Shown here: piece by piece, positions 52,215 to 64,000 of the stretch
How the letters are laid out: the number at the start of each line of letters is the position of its first letter
How positions within the stretch are numbered: position 1 is the stretch's first letter
Assembly: GCF_006345805.1 (NCBI RefSeq)
Contig: NC_043007.1
Location: 9,920,001-9,984,000, forward strand
Source of the DNA: Octopus sinensis
Taxonomy: Eukaryota
Reading direction: 5' to 3'
Length of the DNA: 64,000 nucleotides
Position numbers and translations under genes: made by a program
Notes under the pieces: model-generated
What the model was told of the DNA's origin: nothing
The model's input: the letters and a program-made list of their open reading frames with translations, nothing else
The model's database searches: none

Positions 52215-53540
52215 TGAAATAAAAATATATCTGGAAGCCTATTTGTGAATTTTTGGGAAAATGACAAGTATTTTTCTGGAAACAAAACGGAAGAAGCTAT
52301 GAGTATGTGTCTGAAAAATTATTTTGGATATTGTGAAGAAAATTGAAGTATGTATTAGAAACCTATTTGCATGTGTTTCCAGACTTATTTTAGAATATTG
52401 TGCGAGGAAAATGACAAGCATGTGCCTGAAAACCAATTTGCGATATTGTGAGAAAATGTTGAGAGTATGTGCCTGAAGACATTGTTGAAATGTTGTACAA
52501 AAATTTAGGTGTATGTTTCTAGAAATCATTTTGGGATATTCATCATCATCATTTAACGTCCGCTTTCCATGCTAGCATGGGTTGGACGATTTGACTGAGG
52601 TCTGGCAAACCAGATGGCTGCCCCAGACTCCAATCTGATCTGACAGAATTTCTACAGCTGGATGCCCTTCCTAATGCCAACCACTCTGAGAGTGTAGTGG
52701 GTGCTTTTACGTGCCACCAGCACGAGGCCCAGTCAGGCAGTACTGGCAACGGCCACGCTCAAATGGTGCTTTTTATGTGCCACCTGCAATTATAAGTCCA
52801 GCGGCAATTATAAATCATCATTATTTAACATCAGCTTCTCATCAAGAATGGGTTAAATGGTCTGACAGGATCCAACGAGCTGCAAGGCTGTGCTGAGCTT
52901 CAGTGTCAGCTTTTGCATTGTTTCTTTGGCTGGATGACCTTTCTAGCACCAAACACTTTACATGGTGCATTGCAAGCCTTTTTCATGCTACTGGCACTAT
53001 TGAGGTTGCCGAGTAACTTGAGAGGCAGAACATGAACAAGGGAAAAGAAAACGACCCCCATGACTAAGTGGGGGAATATTTGAAAGAGAGAGGGGGTAGC
53101 TTTATGCCAGGTATTGAAAGATAGAGGGACAAGCACAGGTGTACATTGTCTGCTATTTTGGATATTACGTGCCAGTGGCACGTAAAAAGCACCATCCGAT
53201 CTTGGCCGTTTGCCAGCCTCGTCTGGCACCTGTGCCGGTGGCACGTAAAAAGCACCCAGTACACTCACAGAGTGGTTGGCGTTAGGAAGGGCATCCAGCC
53301 GTAGAAACATTGCCAGATTAGACTGGACCTGGTGCAGCCTTCTGGCTTCCCAGACCCCAGTTGAACCGTCCAACCCATGCCAGCATGGAAAGCGGACGCT
53401 AAACAATGATGATGATGATGATGATGATGTGGAAGAAATGAAGATGGGCATGCACTTCCAAACTTGTTTGGGATAGTGTGGAGTGGGGGAAACAATAAGT
53501 ATGTATCTGCAAACTTATTTGGGGGGTATTTTGAGAAATG
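52215..53540. repeat. Degenerate ~45-bp minisatellite split by ~900 bp of nested S4 copies
   Basis: Unit like aagtatgtgtctgaaaac-tattttgggatattgtgagaaaat at 52215-52540, resuming at 53430-53540. Confidence 0.6.
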
Positions 53541-53794
53541 TAGTGTTTAGCATAAATGATTTCCAACTTGGGAGTTGGTTAATCAAACTATTTTGAATTA
53601 ATCCACATGCAGGCTTTCCTGTATGGTTGAGAAGTTTGCTTTGCAAGCATGTCGTTTCAGGTTCAGTTCCACTGCTTGGCCCCTTATGCAAGCGTCTTCT
53701 ACTATAACCCCAGGTCCACTAATGCCTTGTTATTGAATCTGGTTGACAGAAACTGTTTGTGTGTGTGTGTGTGTGTGTGTGCGTGCTTGTGTAT

Positions 53795-54100
53795 CTCTCT
53801 TTCCTTTCCTGAGCGTCCAATAACACTATACTTGTTCCACATCCTTGCCTTGTTGTATTTTCTCTTTGTTCATGATTGGATTAACTATATATATATATAT
53901 ATATAAATTAAATTAGAGACAAAACCACTATTAGGCAAATCAAACAGTGAAAAACATAAACCAAAACATAATATAAAAATATAATATATAAAATATAAAA
54001 TTTGAAAATTTAAATTATTTAAATTTAAAATTAAAATTATTAATTTGTATTTATAAATTTCTATGTATTTTTATTTATTATTTATTTTTTTATTTATTAT
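53795..54100. mobile_element. Family A 3' end (plus) joined through (TA)n to family C (minus)
   Basis: tcctgagcgtccaataacac...ggattaac(TA)n, then the reverse complement of 35280-35330 (tttgcctaatagtggttttgtctctaatttaat). Confidence 0.75.
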
Positions 54101-55263
54101 TTATTTTTTAAAATTAAATATATATACCTAAATATATATATATATATATTGTATATAGGTGCAGGCATAGCTGTGTGGTGAGAAGCTTGCTTTCCAACCA
54201 AATGTTTTCCTTGTTCAGATTTGGTGAACAGAAATTTAAAGAAGCCATGGTACCCCCCCCCCACACACACACTAGAATAACATAACACAAGAATGGGGGC
54301 TACAAGGCTTTAATAGTAGATCACAACATTTGATTCCGTGCACTGCACACCAGCTTTAAGTTGCTTAGTTTATATTCATAGACCATTATAGAAGATCATC
54401 CTTTAGAATTACTATATAGTTGAATTTATATATGTATGTGGTGTGCGTGTGTGTATATGTGTGTGTGTGTGTGAGTGTACTACTGTCTCCTTGTCTTGAT
54501 ATGATATTATAGTTGTAAGCAAGTGTCACCATCATGCAAGCTGTGTTCTTTATTTCTGGTTTTCTGTGAAGACATGTTTGGTCACGAGGAAATATTATCT
54601 TACTCGGAAACTGGTGATGGTTGGTGACAGTATGGGCATCCACCCATTGGAAATCCACCTCAATAAACTCCCTCTGACCCATGTGATGATGATGGTGATT
54701 AGTCATCATCTGAAGTAGTCTACTTTGCCTTGACTTATGTTATCTTGATCAAATTGAAGTCAGTTGTGACACGACCTACTCTACCATGACCAGGTTTAGT
54801 CTCATGTATTATGAGAAGTTTTCACTCATATCTAAGTATGTCTTTTCACTTTTAATTTTCTTGATGCCCAGGACTTGCATGGCTGGTTACCCAGTTTCCA
54901 TGGAGTATGGTACCCTGTCAGTTATGATGATCTGATCAATGGAACGACCTGACCATGAAATTAATATGTAAGTGGCTGAGCACTCCACAAACACGTGTAC
55001 TCTTAATGTAGTTCCCAGGAAGATTCAGTGTGACAAGGCTGGCATTTTCAAATACAAGTACGACTCATTCTTGCCAGCTGAGTGGCTGCTGCAACGTGAA
55101 ATAAAATGTCTTGTCCAAGGACACAATCCAAGCACACATGTATGTCATGACTCATACACTGTTCACTTTCCTGATTTTTGTGCATAATTCTATGTGCTGA
55201 ATGTGCACTTTTGATGAGTTGTAGTGTACTTGAGGACTATACACAATAATTTCATTATTAGTA

Positions 55264-55300
<37 letters not shown>

Positions 55301-57098
55301 ATATATATATATATATATATCATCATCATCGTTTAACGTCCGCTTTCCATGCTATCAAGGTTTGGGCGGTTCGACCGGGGTCTGGGAAGCCAGGAGGCTG
55401 CACCAGGCCCAGTCTGATCTGGCAGTGTTACTATGGCTGGATGCCCTTCCTAATGCCAACCACACCGTGAGTGTAGTGGATGCTTTTTAGGTGCCAGGTG
55501 AGGCTGGTAATGGCCACGATCGGTTGGTGCTTTTTATGTGCCACCAGCACGGAGGCCAGTCGAGGCAGTGCTCGCAATGGCCACGTTCGGATGGTTATTT
55601 TGTGTGCCACCGGCACTGGTATCACAACTACAATTTCCATTGATTTTTGATCAAGGTCTGTGTTTTTGTTTTTTTCTATGTGAAACCATTTAATTGTTCT
55701 GTACACTGAAGTGCAATATGTGTTCATGAAGGAAAGACAAAAGAAGGCACAATCTCTGAATGTGTATGTTGATTGTATGAATGAAAGATGTGTCTGGTTT
55801 TTTTTTTTTCTCTTTTGAAAGGGTATATGTTTATGTGTGAGGATATATATGTAAACAAAGAAATGGGTACCTAAGACTGGCTTACGTGATAAAGGATGGC
55901 ACTCACTGACCTTATAGGTACAGGAATGGCTATGTAGTAAGTAGCTTGCTTACCATCAACATGATTCCAGGTTCAGTCCCCCTGAGTGACATTTTGGGGA
56001 AGTGTCTTCTATAGCCTCAGCCCAACCAAAGTCTTGAGAGTTGATTTGGTAGATGGAAACTGAAAGAAGCCTGTCATATACTCTTTTACTTGTTTCAGTC
56101 ATTTGACTGCGGCCATGCTGGAAGACTACCGACTGAACCCAGAACCATGTGGTTGGTAAGCAAGCTACTACTACACAGCCACTCCTGCACCTATATATAT
56201 GTGTGTGTGTGGATGTGTCTGTGTTTGTCCCCTAACCTTGCTTGGCAACTGATGCTGGTGTGTTTACATCCCTGTAATTTAGCAGTTCGGCAAAAGAGAC
56301 TGATAGAATAAGTACTTGGCTTACAAAGAATAAGTCCTGGGGGCAATGTGCTCGACTAAAGGTGGTGCTCCAGCATGGCTGCAGTCAAGTGACTGAAATA
56401 AGTAAAATATAAAAAAATAAAAGAATTACATTCTATCTAATGTGAGCCAGTGAAGGAGCTTCTATATGGTTGGTCAAAATGCTAGAAATACCTCTGAATC
56501 TCCCTTAAATCTCGCTGCACTATTTTGAAGATAAAACAAGGAAGAAGAGCACTAGGCAATATTTTTGTGCGTAAACAGAAAGAAGTACTGATCATGACTG
56601 GGATGTCTGTGATTGTAGATCTGCTTACACAGGACTTCAATAAAAACAGTTTATCTCACACGCACATATAATCTTTCATAGGAAGCAGCATGTGGTGATG
56701 TGGCTTAGAATGCAGCCAAATGAACACTTGTTGGCAGGCAGAATTGTTAACATAGCCAGCCATATGGCAAAGATGTTCAAGAAATAGTGAGTTTTTTTTT
56801 CTTATGTGTCTGAGTTTTAGATGCTAGAATTCTTGAATTCAAAATATTACTAGAAACTCATCTCAGCCTTTCATTTGTCCAATACAAATAAAATGTATGA
56901 AAGTGTGTATCTATTTGTCTATCTTTCTATATATCTATCTAGTTAGCTAGCTGTCTGTCTGTCTGTCTTAGCCAGAATTGACCCAAGCCAAAACTAACCT
57001 AACATCACCTAGAAAAGGCAGTGGGCGATGTTTCATATTCTAGTCATTCTTTAGGCACCATAACCTATTCGAGTAAAGGGATATATTTTGCAGATATA

Positions 57099-57298
57099 CA
57101 GGGTGTCTCGGAAGTTGTGCACCACCCTGGTTTTTTAAAAGAATACACCCTTATTGATTTCAAAAACACTTTATTGAAATTAATCATAACAAATGCTCAA
57201 ATTGAGCACCCCCTACAATAAAAGATGCCGAAAAAAATAAAATGCTTTAATTATTTTTAATGAAAACCAGAATGGTGTGTGACTTCTGGGACACCCTG
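57099..57298. mobile_element. Tc1/mariner MITE
   Basis: ta|cagggtgtctcggaagt ... acttctgggacaccctg|ta. Confidence 0.8.
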
Positions 57299-57819
57299 TA
57301 TATCTGGGTTTAAGTGATTTATCTTGAATTTGGTGGAGATACTCATCCAGGACCTGTTTGAATGTTAAGAGGTGGTTTTCTTCTCTTATGTTATGAGGTG
57401 TTTTTCTGTTACGAGGTTTATGTTCTAAATGTTATGAGTGTTTTTCTTCTCTTGGTATGATGTTAAAAAGAGCAGAGGTGAAATAGTTCTTAGTGCTGTA
57501 ATGTGACGTGATTAAAATTTTTGTAGTGGAGCCTCGCCTGGCCCCCGTGCTGGTGGCACGTAAAAAGCACCATCCAACCGTGGTCGTTTGCCAGCCCCGT
57601 CTGGCACCTGTGCTGGTAGCATGTAAAAAGCACCCACCACACTCATGGAGTGGTTGGCGTTAGGAAGGGCATCCAGTCGTAGAAACATTGCCAGATCAGA
57701 CTGGGCCTGGTGCAGCCTTCTGGCTTCCCGGACTCCAGTTGAACCGTCCAACCCATGCTAGCATGGAAAGCGGATGCTAAATGATGATGATGATGATGGA
57801 TAGCAAAAGGATCAAGCCT

Positions 57820-58030
57820 TGCGTGAAGTTGGCGCCAACTTTATTTGGGCAGTGATGTTGGAATATTTTCCACATCATACAAATGATATAGCGCTCAATG
57901 CAGCATTGGTGCAAATAAAGTTTGAGTTTCTTGAGGCAATTTCAATAATCAAGACCTGTCATGTTGTCTATTTTCCTATTGCTCAATGTCTGGGGTGCTT
58001 CAATTTTTATATTTGGCTGTTATTTGATAT
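57820..58030 (-). pseudogene. CR1-clade LINE reverse-transcriptase C-terminal fragment
   Basis: Minus translation KIDNMTGLDY*NCLKKLKLYLHQCCIERYIICMMWKI resembles the CR1 motif Y.ERLK.LKLYSLQRRRERY.II..WKI. Confidence 0.7.
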
Positions 58031-59625
58031 ATGTGTGTTTGTGCATGTATGTACATCTGTGGTGCAGGCATGGCTGTGTGGTTAAGAAGTTTGAGTCGCT
58101 ATAGCATGGCACTTTGTGCAAGTAATTTCTACCATGGCCCCTGTTATTGAATCTGGTAAATAGAAACTGTAGTAAGTAGTAAGCTTGTTGTATATATATG
58201 TGTGTGCATGGCTGTTCATATTTCACTTGTCATCATTTGAGTGAAACTGTGGTGATGTTTACCATCTGTGTTGACATTATAACCAATAGATCCATACTTC
58301 CAAAGAGCAGTGGAAATATAAAAATCCTTCACTTGAAAGATGGGTGAGGGCTGGCAACAGGAAGAGGATCTGGCTGTAAAAATCTTGTATCAAAATCAAT
58401 TCCTATTTAAGCCATCTTAGCATGGGAAAGTGGGCATTAAATGAATGAATGTGGTAACTTGAACAAGAGTAATTTTTGTATGACCTTGGGTTGCTCCATA
58501 GTTTGTGAGTGAAATTGGGTAGATGGAAACTGAAGAAGCCCATTTGCCTGGATGGATTGTACCTGTAATGTAATGGTTAAGCTGGGACATACAATGTAAT
58601 GGAATTCTCAGCCACTTACATGCTTATGTTAATTCAATGAGCTAGTATTTCGGTTGATTTGTAACCTAACACTCATGGTTGAAAATTCTGACCATGATCC
58701 ATTACTTTTATAATGTGTGTAAGTATACATATGGAGAGAGAGAGAGCAGGAATCATCATCATCATCATCATTTAATATCTGTTTTCCATGCTGGCATGGT
58801 TTGGAAAGCTTGACAGGAACTGGTAAGGCCAGGGGCTTCACCAGGTCCCAAGGTCTGTTTTAGCTTGGTTTCTACAGCTGGATGCCCTTCCTAAGGCCAA
58901 CCATTCTACAGAGTGTACTGGGTGCTTTTTTAGTGGCACCATCATCAGTGCTTTTTAAGTTGCACCAGTGCTTTTTATGACACCAGCTCCTGCATCAATG
59001 CTTTTTCTGCGGCACCTTGCTTTTAGGATCTCAACATATAAATTTCTTTCTACTATAAGCACATGGCCTGAAGATTTACAGGATGGGGCTAGTTGAACAC
59101 ATTGACCCCCTCCCCCAGTGCTCAACTGATATCAATTTTATTGACCCCCAAAAGAATGAAAGGCAAATTCAACCTCAGTGGTATTTGAATTCAGAACATA
59201 CAGACAGACGAATGTACTGATGTCTACGTAACAATGAACTACGGCCACAAACTGTTTGGGTAGATAAAACTTTGGATTACTGAGCTCTAAACTGACAGTT
59301 CATTACTCACAGCCATTGTTTTGCTGTCTGTACCAAATACTTTAACTACTTGTACTTGCCTAAGCTTTCTGTGGAAGGTTACTGACAAAAGACTTTGTTG
59401 CTATCTAGGATAAATATTTTCCAACCCACTTAACATTACAGAAGCCTGAGCTAACCAAATCGCACTAGAATTTTATGAACTCATGGCTGTGTAAGTTAAG
59501 AAGCTTGCTTCATTACTATGTAGTTTCAGGTTCAGTCCCATTGCATAGCACTTTGGACAAGTGTCTTCTACTATAGCCCAGAACAGACCAGAGCCTTGTG
59601 AGTGAATTTGGTAGGCAGAAACTGT

Positions 59626-59857
59626 GGCGGCGAGCTGGCAGAAACCTTTGCATGCCAGGCGAAATGATTAGTGGGTATTTCATCTGTCGTTACGTTCTGA
59701 GTTCAAATTCCGCCGAGGTCGATTTTGCCTTTCATTTTTTCGGGGTCGATAAATTAAGTACCAGTTAAGCACTGGGGTCGATATAATTGACTTAATCTGT
59801 TTGTCTGTCCTTGTTTGTCCCCTCTATGTTTAGCCCCTTGTGGGCAATAAAGAAATA
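59626..59857 (+). mobile_element. S2 SINE inserted in an S1 copy
   Basis: Flanked by agaaactg (59617-59624 / 59858-59865). Confidence 0.8.
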
Positions 59858-60619
59858 AGAAACTGCGTGGAAGCCTGTTGAATGTATACATGCATGTGTC
59901 TCTCTCTGTCCATGCATATCTCCCTCTTTGCTGGTTGACAACTGGTATTGGTTTGATTATGTCTGCATAACCTAGCAGTTCAGTAAAAGAGACTAATAGA
60001 GTAAGTACCAGACTTTAAAAAAAAAACAAGAAGTGCTGAGGTTGATCTGTTTGGCTAAAACCCTTCAAAGCAGTTCCCTAGCATGATCAGTAAGTTAACA
60101 ATAAAAACTACTGAGAATTTGTGTAACTGGCTGGAACATCATCATCGTCATCAGTTAGCATTTGTATCTTCACACTGGCATGGGTTGGATGGTTTGACAG
60201 GAGCTGGTAAGGTTAGGGAGATGCACCAGACTGCTCCGTTCTCTGTTTTGGCATGGTTTCTACAGCTGTTTGCCCTTCCTCATGTCAACCACTTTACAAA
60301 GTGTACTGGGTGCTTTTTACATGTGGTTCTCAACTGTAGATCCCAGGGTCAAATGTGGCCTTCAAGTATCCTTCCAGCAGCCCTCAATGATCTTTCCTTT
60401 ATAAATATCATATTTTTTTCTTAAATTGAGTTGTATTTCGCTTTTTATTTTGGTGTGGACTCCTAAAAAAATCTGGGTTTTGGATCTAACTCAGATATTA
60501 AAACAGTTAAGCACCACTGGAATAGCCTGTTGCAGTGGTCGAAATTTTTTATCTTGTTTAACAAACTAACAATACTTTTCAGTTAATAGTGTTCGAGTTT
60601 CTCAATAAGAGTGATAATT

Positions 60620-60800
60620 TAATTTACTTAAGCTCATTGCTCCCTATGGAGTATAGGCTATCAACGAGTTTTCTGCTTCTTTCTACTTGGATCCCTGCTT
60701 TTATAGCGCTGCCTCAACGTTTCCCCGCTACCTATTTTTAGGTTGTCGTCTCTTCTGCCTTCCTTGTGGGTTCCTGGTCAGAGGCTGTCATATAATTCAG
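60620..60800 (-). pseudogene. RTE-clade LINE 3' end fragment
   Basis: Minus strand gives NPQGRQKRRQPKNR and LVDSLYSIGSNELSK, then an AT-rich tail; resembles the RTE C-terminus (PQGKRKRGRPK.TWRR...LVDALCS.G). Confidence 0.6.
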
Positions 60801-63057
60801 GAGGTCGGTTTCCTTTCAGATTTTACTACACTACATCCCTGAAGGGAGGCTTTCCGTGTTGAATTGTCATTGAAGCTTCTGTAACTTTGCTTTTATCTAA
60901 GTAAGAGTGCTGACTCTGTATATTATCATCATCACCTTCACCTTTTAATGTCTGCTTTCCTTGCTTGTATGGATTGGACAATTCAACTGGAGCTGGCAAG
61001 CCAGAGAACTGCACCAGGCTCTGGTGTCTGCTTTGGCATGGTTTCTACGGCTGGATGCCCTTTCTTATGTCAACTACTTTACAGTGTTTACTGAATGCTT
61101 TTTATGTGACAGCAACACTGGTGCTTTTTATGTGGCACCAGCACCAGTAGGGTTGCCAAGTAATTTGCAAGACAAAGGCCCTTCAGCTGGGACAGGGAGT
61201 GGCACTGAGGGAGGTGGCTTTGTGGTGGTTGCGTGGTTAAAGTGAGTGTACACATACACACATGTACACACACACAATGGGCTTTTGCACAATTTCCTTT
61301 ACATGTCATTGTCAACCCAAAGTTACAATGGAAGACACTTGTCCAAAGTGCCCCCACTATTGGATCATATCAGGAATCAGGAGGTTGCAAAGCAAATTTC
61401 ATAAACAGGCAGCCATGTCACTGCCTTTGTGTGTGTGTGTCTTTGCATGCACACATGCATGTGAGTGTGTGTGTATATATATGTGTGTGTGTGATTCAAA
61501 CATGACTGCTTCTTATCTTTATATTATTTTTACAATGTGTTTGATTTGCTACAGTAAAATTCCTAAGTTCTTTATGATTTTAATTTCTGTGATGAAGTGC
61601 TTGGTTTCTGGCATGCGTTACCACCATTTTAAAGCAAAAGAGAGACGCAAAATAGGCTGTATGTATGTTAATAGTGACATTACCACTTGGTTTAATGTGA
61701 CAGCTACTTCCAGTCTTTTCACAGTAACCAAGGAGTGGTTTTCATTTGTGACTAGTGTGAGTTAAGTTTTTATTTATCATTTTTTTTTATTTATTTTGTA
61801 TTTTGTGTCCTTAATGTCACTTCCAGTTGTATAACATAATGTAAAAATCAACATGCAGAAAACACGTATGATTCATAAAGAAAATTCTGGAGTCAGATGA
61901 AAACCCAACTGTAATTTCTCTCTTATTTTAACCTGAACAGGAATCTTATGGCAGCTACCTACTTTAAATTTTGGTATTGGTAGTAACAGATGCCAAGACC
62001 AACTGTCATGTCATCCAGAAAGATAAGACTGCAAAGGTCTAAAATCATAGATGGACCTAAGAACTTGACTGTTAAAAAGAAACTGTAAAGGGGTTGTAAA
62101 GAATTATGAAGAAAAAAAAAACTTTGGAAAGATAAATCTACACATGTTTTCAATTTAATGTGTTTAAAAGAAATGCTGTCTTCCATATACAAATATGTAT
62201 GTATACACACACACACACTTTTGCATGTTTGCAATGGGTGGATGGAATTTGTTGAGAAGAATTTTCTACTCCCAGATACCCTCACCTGTTTCGAAGTGAA
62301 GTAATAACATGACCAAGAATGTTTCCACAGAAGATTGGAAATGAAGGACATTGACACTTATTTATAACTATCATGCAGTATCAATCAAGGCAAAGATTCA
62401 GACACACACACACACTCAAACACAGACACACTCAAACACAGACACACACACACACACACTCGCACACATTCACACACGATGGGCTTCCTTCAGTTTCTGT
62501 CTACCAAATTCACCCGTGTGTCTTTGGTTAACCCAGGACTGTAGTTGTAGACACTTTGCCCAAGGTGCCGCATTGTAGGACCGAACCGGAAACCTCATGG
62601 GTGTAAATTAAGATTTTTAACCACACAGCCATTCCTATGCTAATATACATTTTTCTTTTTTAATAACAAAATAGAAGAAAAAATACTTTATACAAGTTGT
62701 AGAATTAAATATATTTGGTTGATGTTTTTGAATTTCAGTTGCCCTGAAGAAACAAGAATTCATAAAAACTTCAGATAGTTGTATAAACAGCAGCAACAAA
62801 GTATACATTTCATACGTAGATGTAGGCCACCTCATGCTAGTATGGACTTCAAAAATGATGATGATGATGATATATATGCTTGCAAGCAAAATAAAATGAA
62901 AAGTGGTTGTATGGCGAAGAAGCTTGCTTTCCAATCATGTCATCTTGGGTTCAGTCCCACTGTGCGGTATCTTTGGCAAATATCTTCTGCTATAACTTTG
63001 GGCCCGCCAAAGCCTTGTGAGTGGATTTTGATTGATGGAAATTGGAAAATACCCTTT

Positions 63058-63108
<51 letters not shown>

Positions 63109-63139
63109 GTCTTGGCTTGACTTCATATGATGGTTGTAA

Positions 63140-63450
63140 ATGAGTGCCATCCTCATGCAAACAGTGTCTTTCATTTCTGTGAAAACTCGTGGTCATATTT
63201 CACCTCAACTAGCCCTACTCTCTTCAAACATTGTGCCAGCCCACATAAAGGAGGAAAGTGATTTCATGGCATTCAAACGGTCCCTAGATGATTACCTCCA
63301 ACAAATACCAGACAAACCACCCACACCCGGATATGTCTCTGAGAACAATAACTCTCTGGACAAACGGGTTATGGCGCTCAAGAGCTGACTGTGTATCTCT
63401 TCCAGGTGGTGCTATTAAATTAGACATGGCCGAAACTTATCTAAATAATA
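63140..63450 (+). pseudogene. CR1-clade LINE C-terminus and 3' UTR
   Basis: NIVPAHIKEESDFMAFKRSLDDYLQQIPDKPPTPGYVSENNNSL*, then ggtggtgctatt...catggccgaaac. Confidence 0.75.
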
Positions 63451-64000
63451 TGGAAATATTACTTTGCTTGGAAACAGGTAAAGGTTGGAAACAGGAAGGA
63501 CATCCGGCCATAGAAAATTCGCCCTCAACACATCTCATTAAGTGGACATTGAAATGAGGATGATTGGGATATCAATTAGAAAACTGAAAAGTCATTACAA
63601 AGAAGCCTACACTGAGTCTACTGCAGTCTTTGCTGTAAACCATGTGGCACAGACATTTTCTTGTCCCTATCCATCACTGTTAGCACAGCGACGAAGAAAT
63701 AAATGATGGTCTGTTTTTGGAAACCTGTAACCAGCAGCACTGTAGATCATTAACCGCCGTTTAAAATATATATATATATATAAGGTATCGCAGGAAGTGT
63801 AAGTTACAAGTAATATTCATTGACTCGTCCGATAGGGACTCAAGTTTAGTCCCATTGCATGGCACCTTGGGAAAGTGTCTTCTACTATAGCCCAGGGTTA
63901 ACCAATGCTTTGTGAGTGAATTTAGTAGATGAATTTCACCTGTGCTGGTACCATGTAAAAAGCACTAAATACACTCAGTTAAGTGGTTGGCATTAGGAAG

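Larger units (their letters stand above)
47080..64000. mobile_element. Cluster of at least 12 copies of SINE-like family S4 (RTE-like ttggcgttaggaagggcatccagc motif, (TGA)n tail)
   Basis: Copies near 47555(-), 51750(+), 52541(-), 53165(+), 55320(-), 57520(+), 58290(+), 58755(-), 60140(-), 60925(-), 63470(+), 63930(+). Confidence 0.8.

Noticed and set aside
39990-52540. CRISPR-like arrays
   Set aside because: Tandem units have no unique spacers, and the context is eukaryotic with no cas genes.
101-63557. Most ORFs in the track (poly-YI, HT, CV, L, Q, S; e.g. 45386-47041, 50242-51786, 39931-41193, 38082-38687)
   Set aside because: They are translations of microsatellites or minisatellites that lack stops by composition; no protein signal.

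Overview
Repeat-dominated, AT-rich eukaryotic DNA. The tRNA-derived SINEs, (TA/TG/TACA) microsatellites and TTAGGG telomere motif look like an Octopus (cephalopod) genome; this is inferred from repeat recognition, not from a database search. There is no intact protein-coding gene, and nearly all ORFs in the track are microsatellite artefacts. Supported content: (i) dozens of copies of at least four SINE-like families; (ii) a decayed Buster/SPIN-like hAT transposon (13588-16045) with an nnnTAnnn 8-bp TSD; (iii) MITEs of the pogo, Tc1 and GGATC-TIR/8-bp-TSD types, one carrying telomere repeats, plus Helentron-like HINEs; (iv) CR1 and RTE LINE 3' fragments; (v) a TATA/CCAAT/YY1/ETS promoter-like cluster at 46.55-46.70 kb, located where the sequence switches from CpG-retaining to CpG-decayed repeats. 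The most interesting signal is a set of short elements carrying type I hammerhead-ribozyme (HHR) motifs of the Penelope/retrozyme kind. There are six readable motifs from four sequence families, plus a fifth family whose HHR is split across two copies and carries a tRNA-like head. Two of these families occur as head-to-head inverted dimers and the other three abut (TA)n tracts. Coordinates of diverged repeats are approximate, and HHR activity, exons and methylation are untested inferences.
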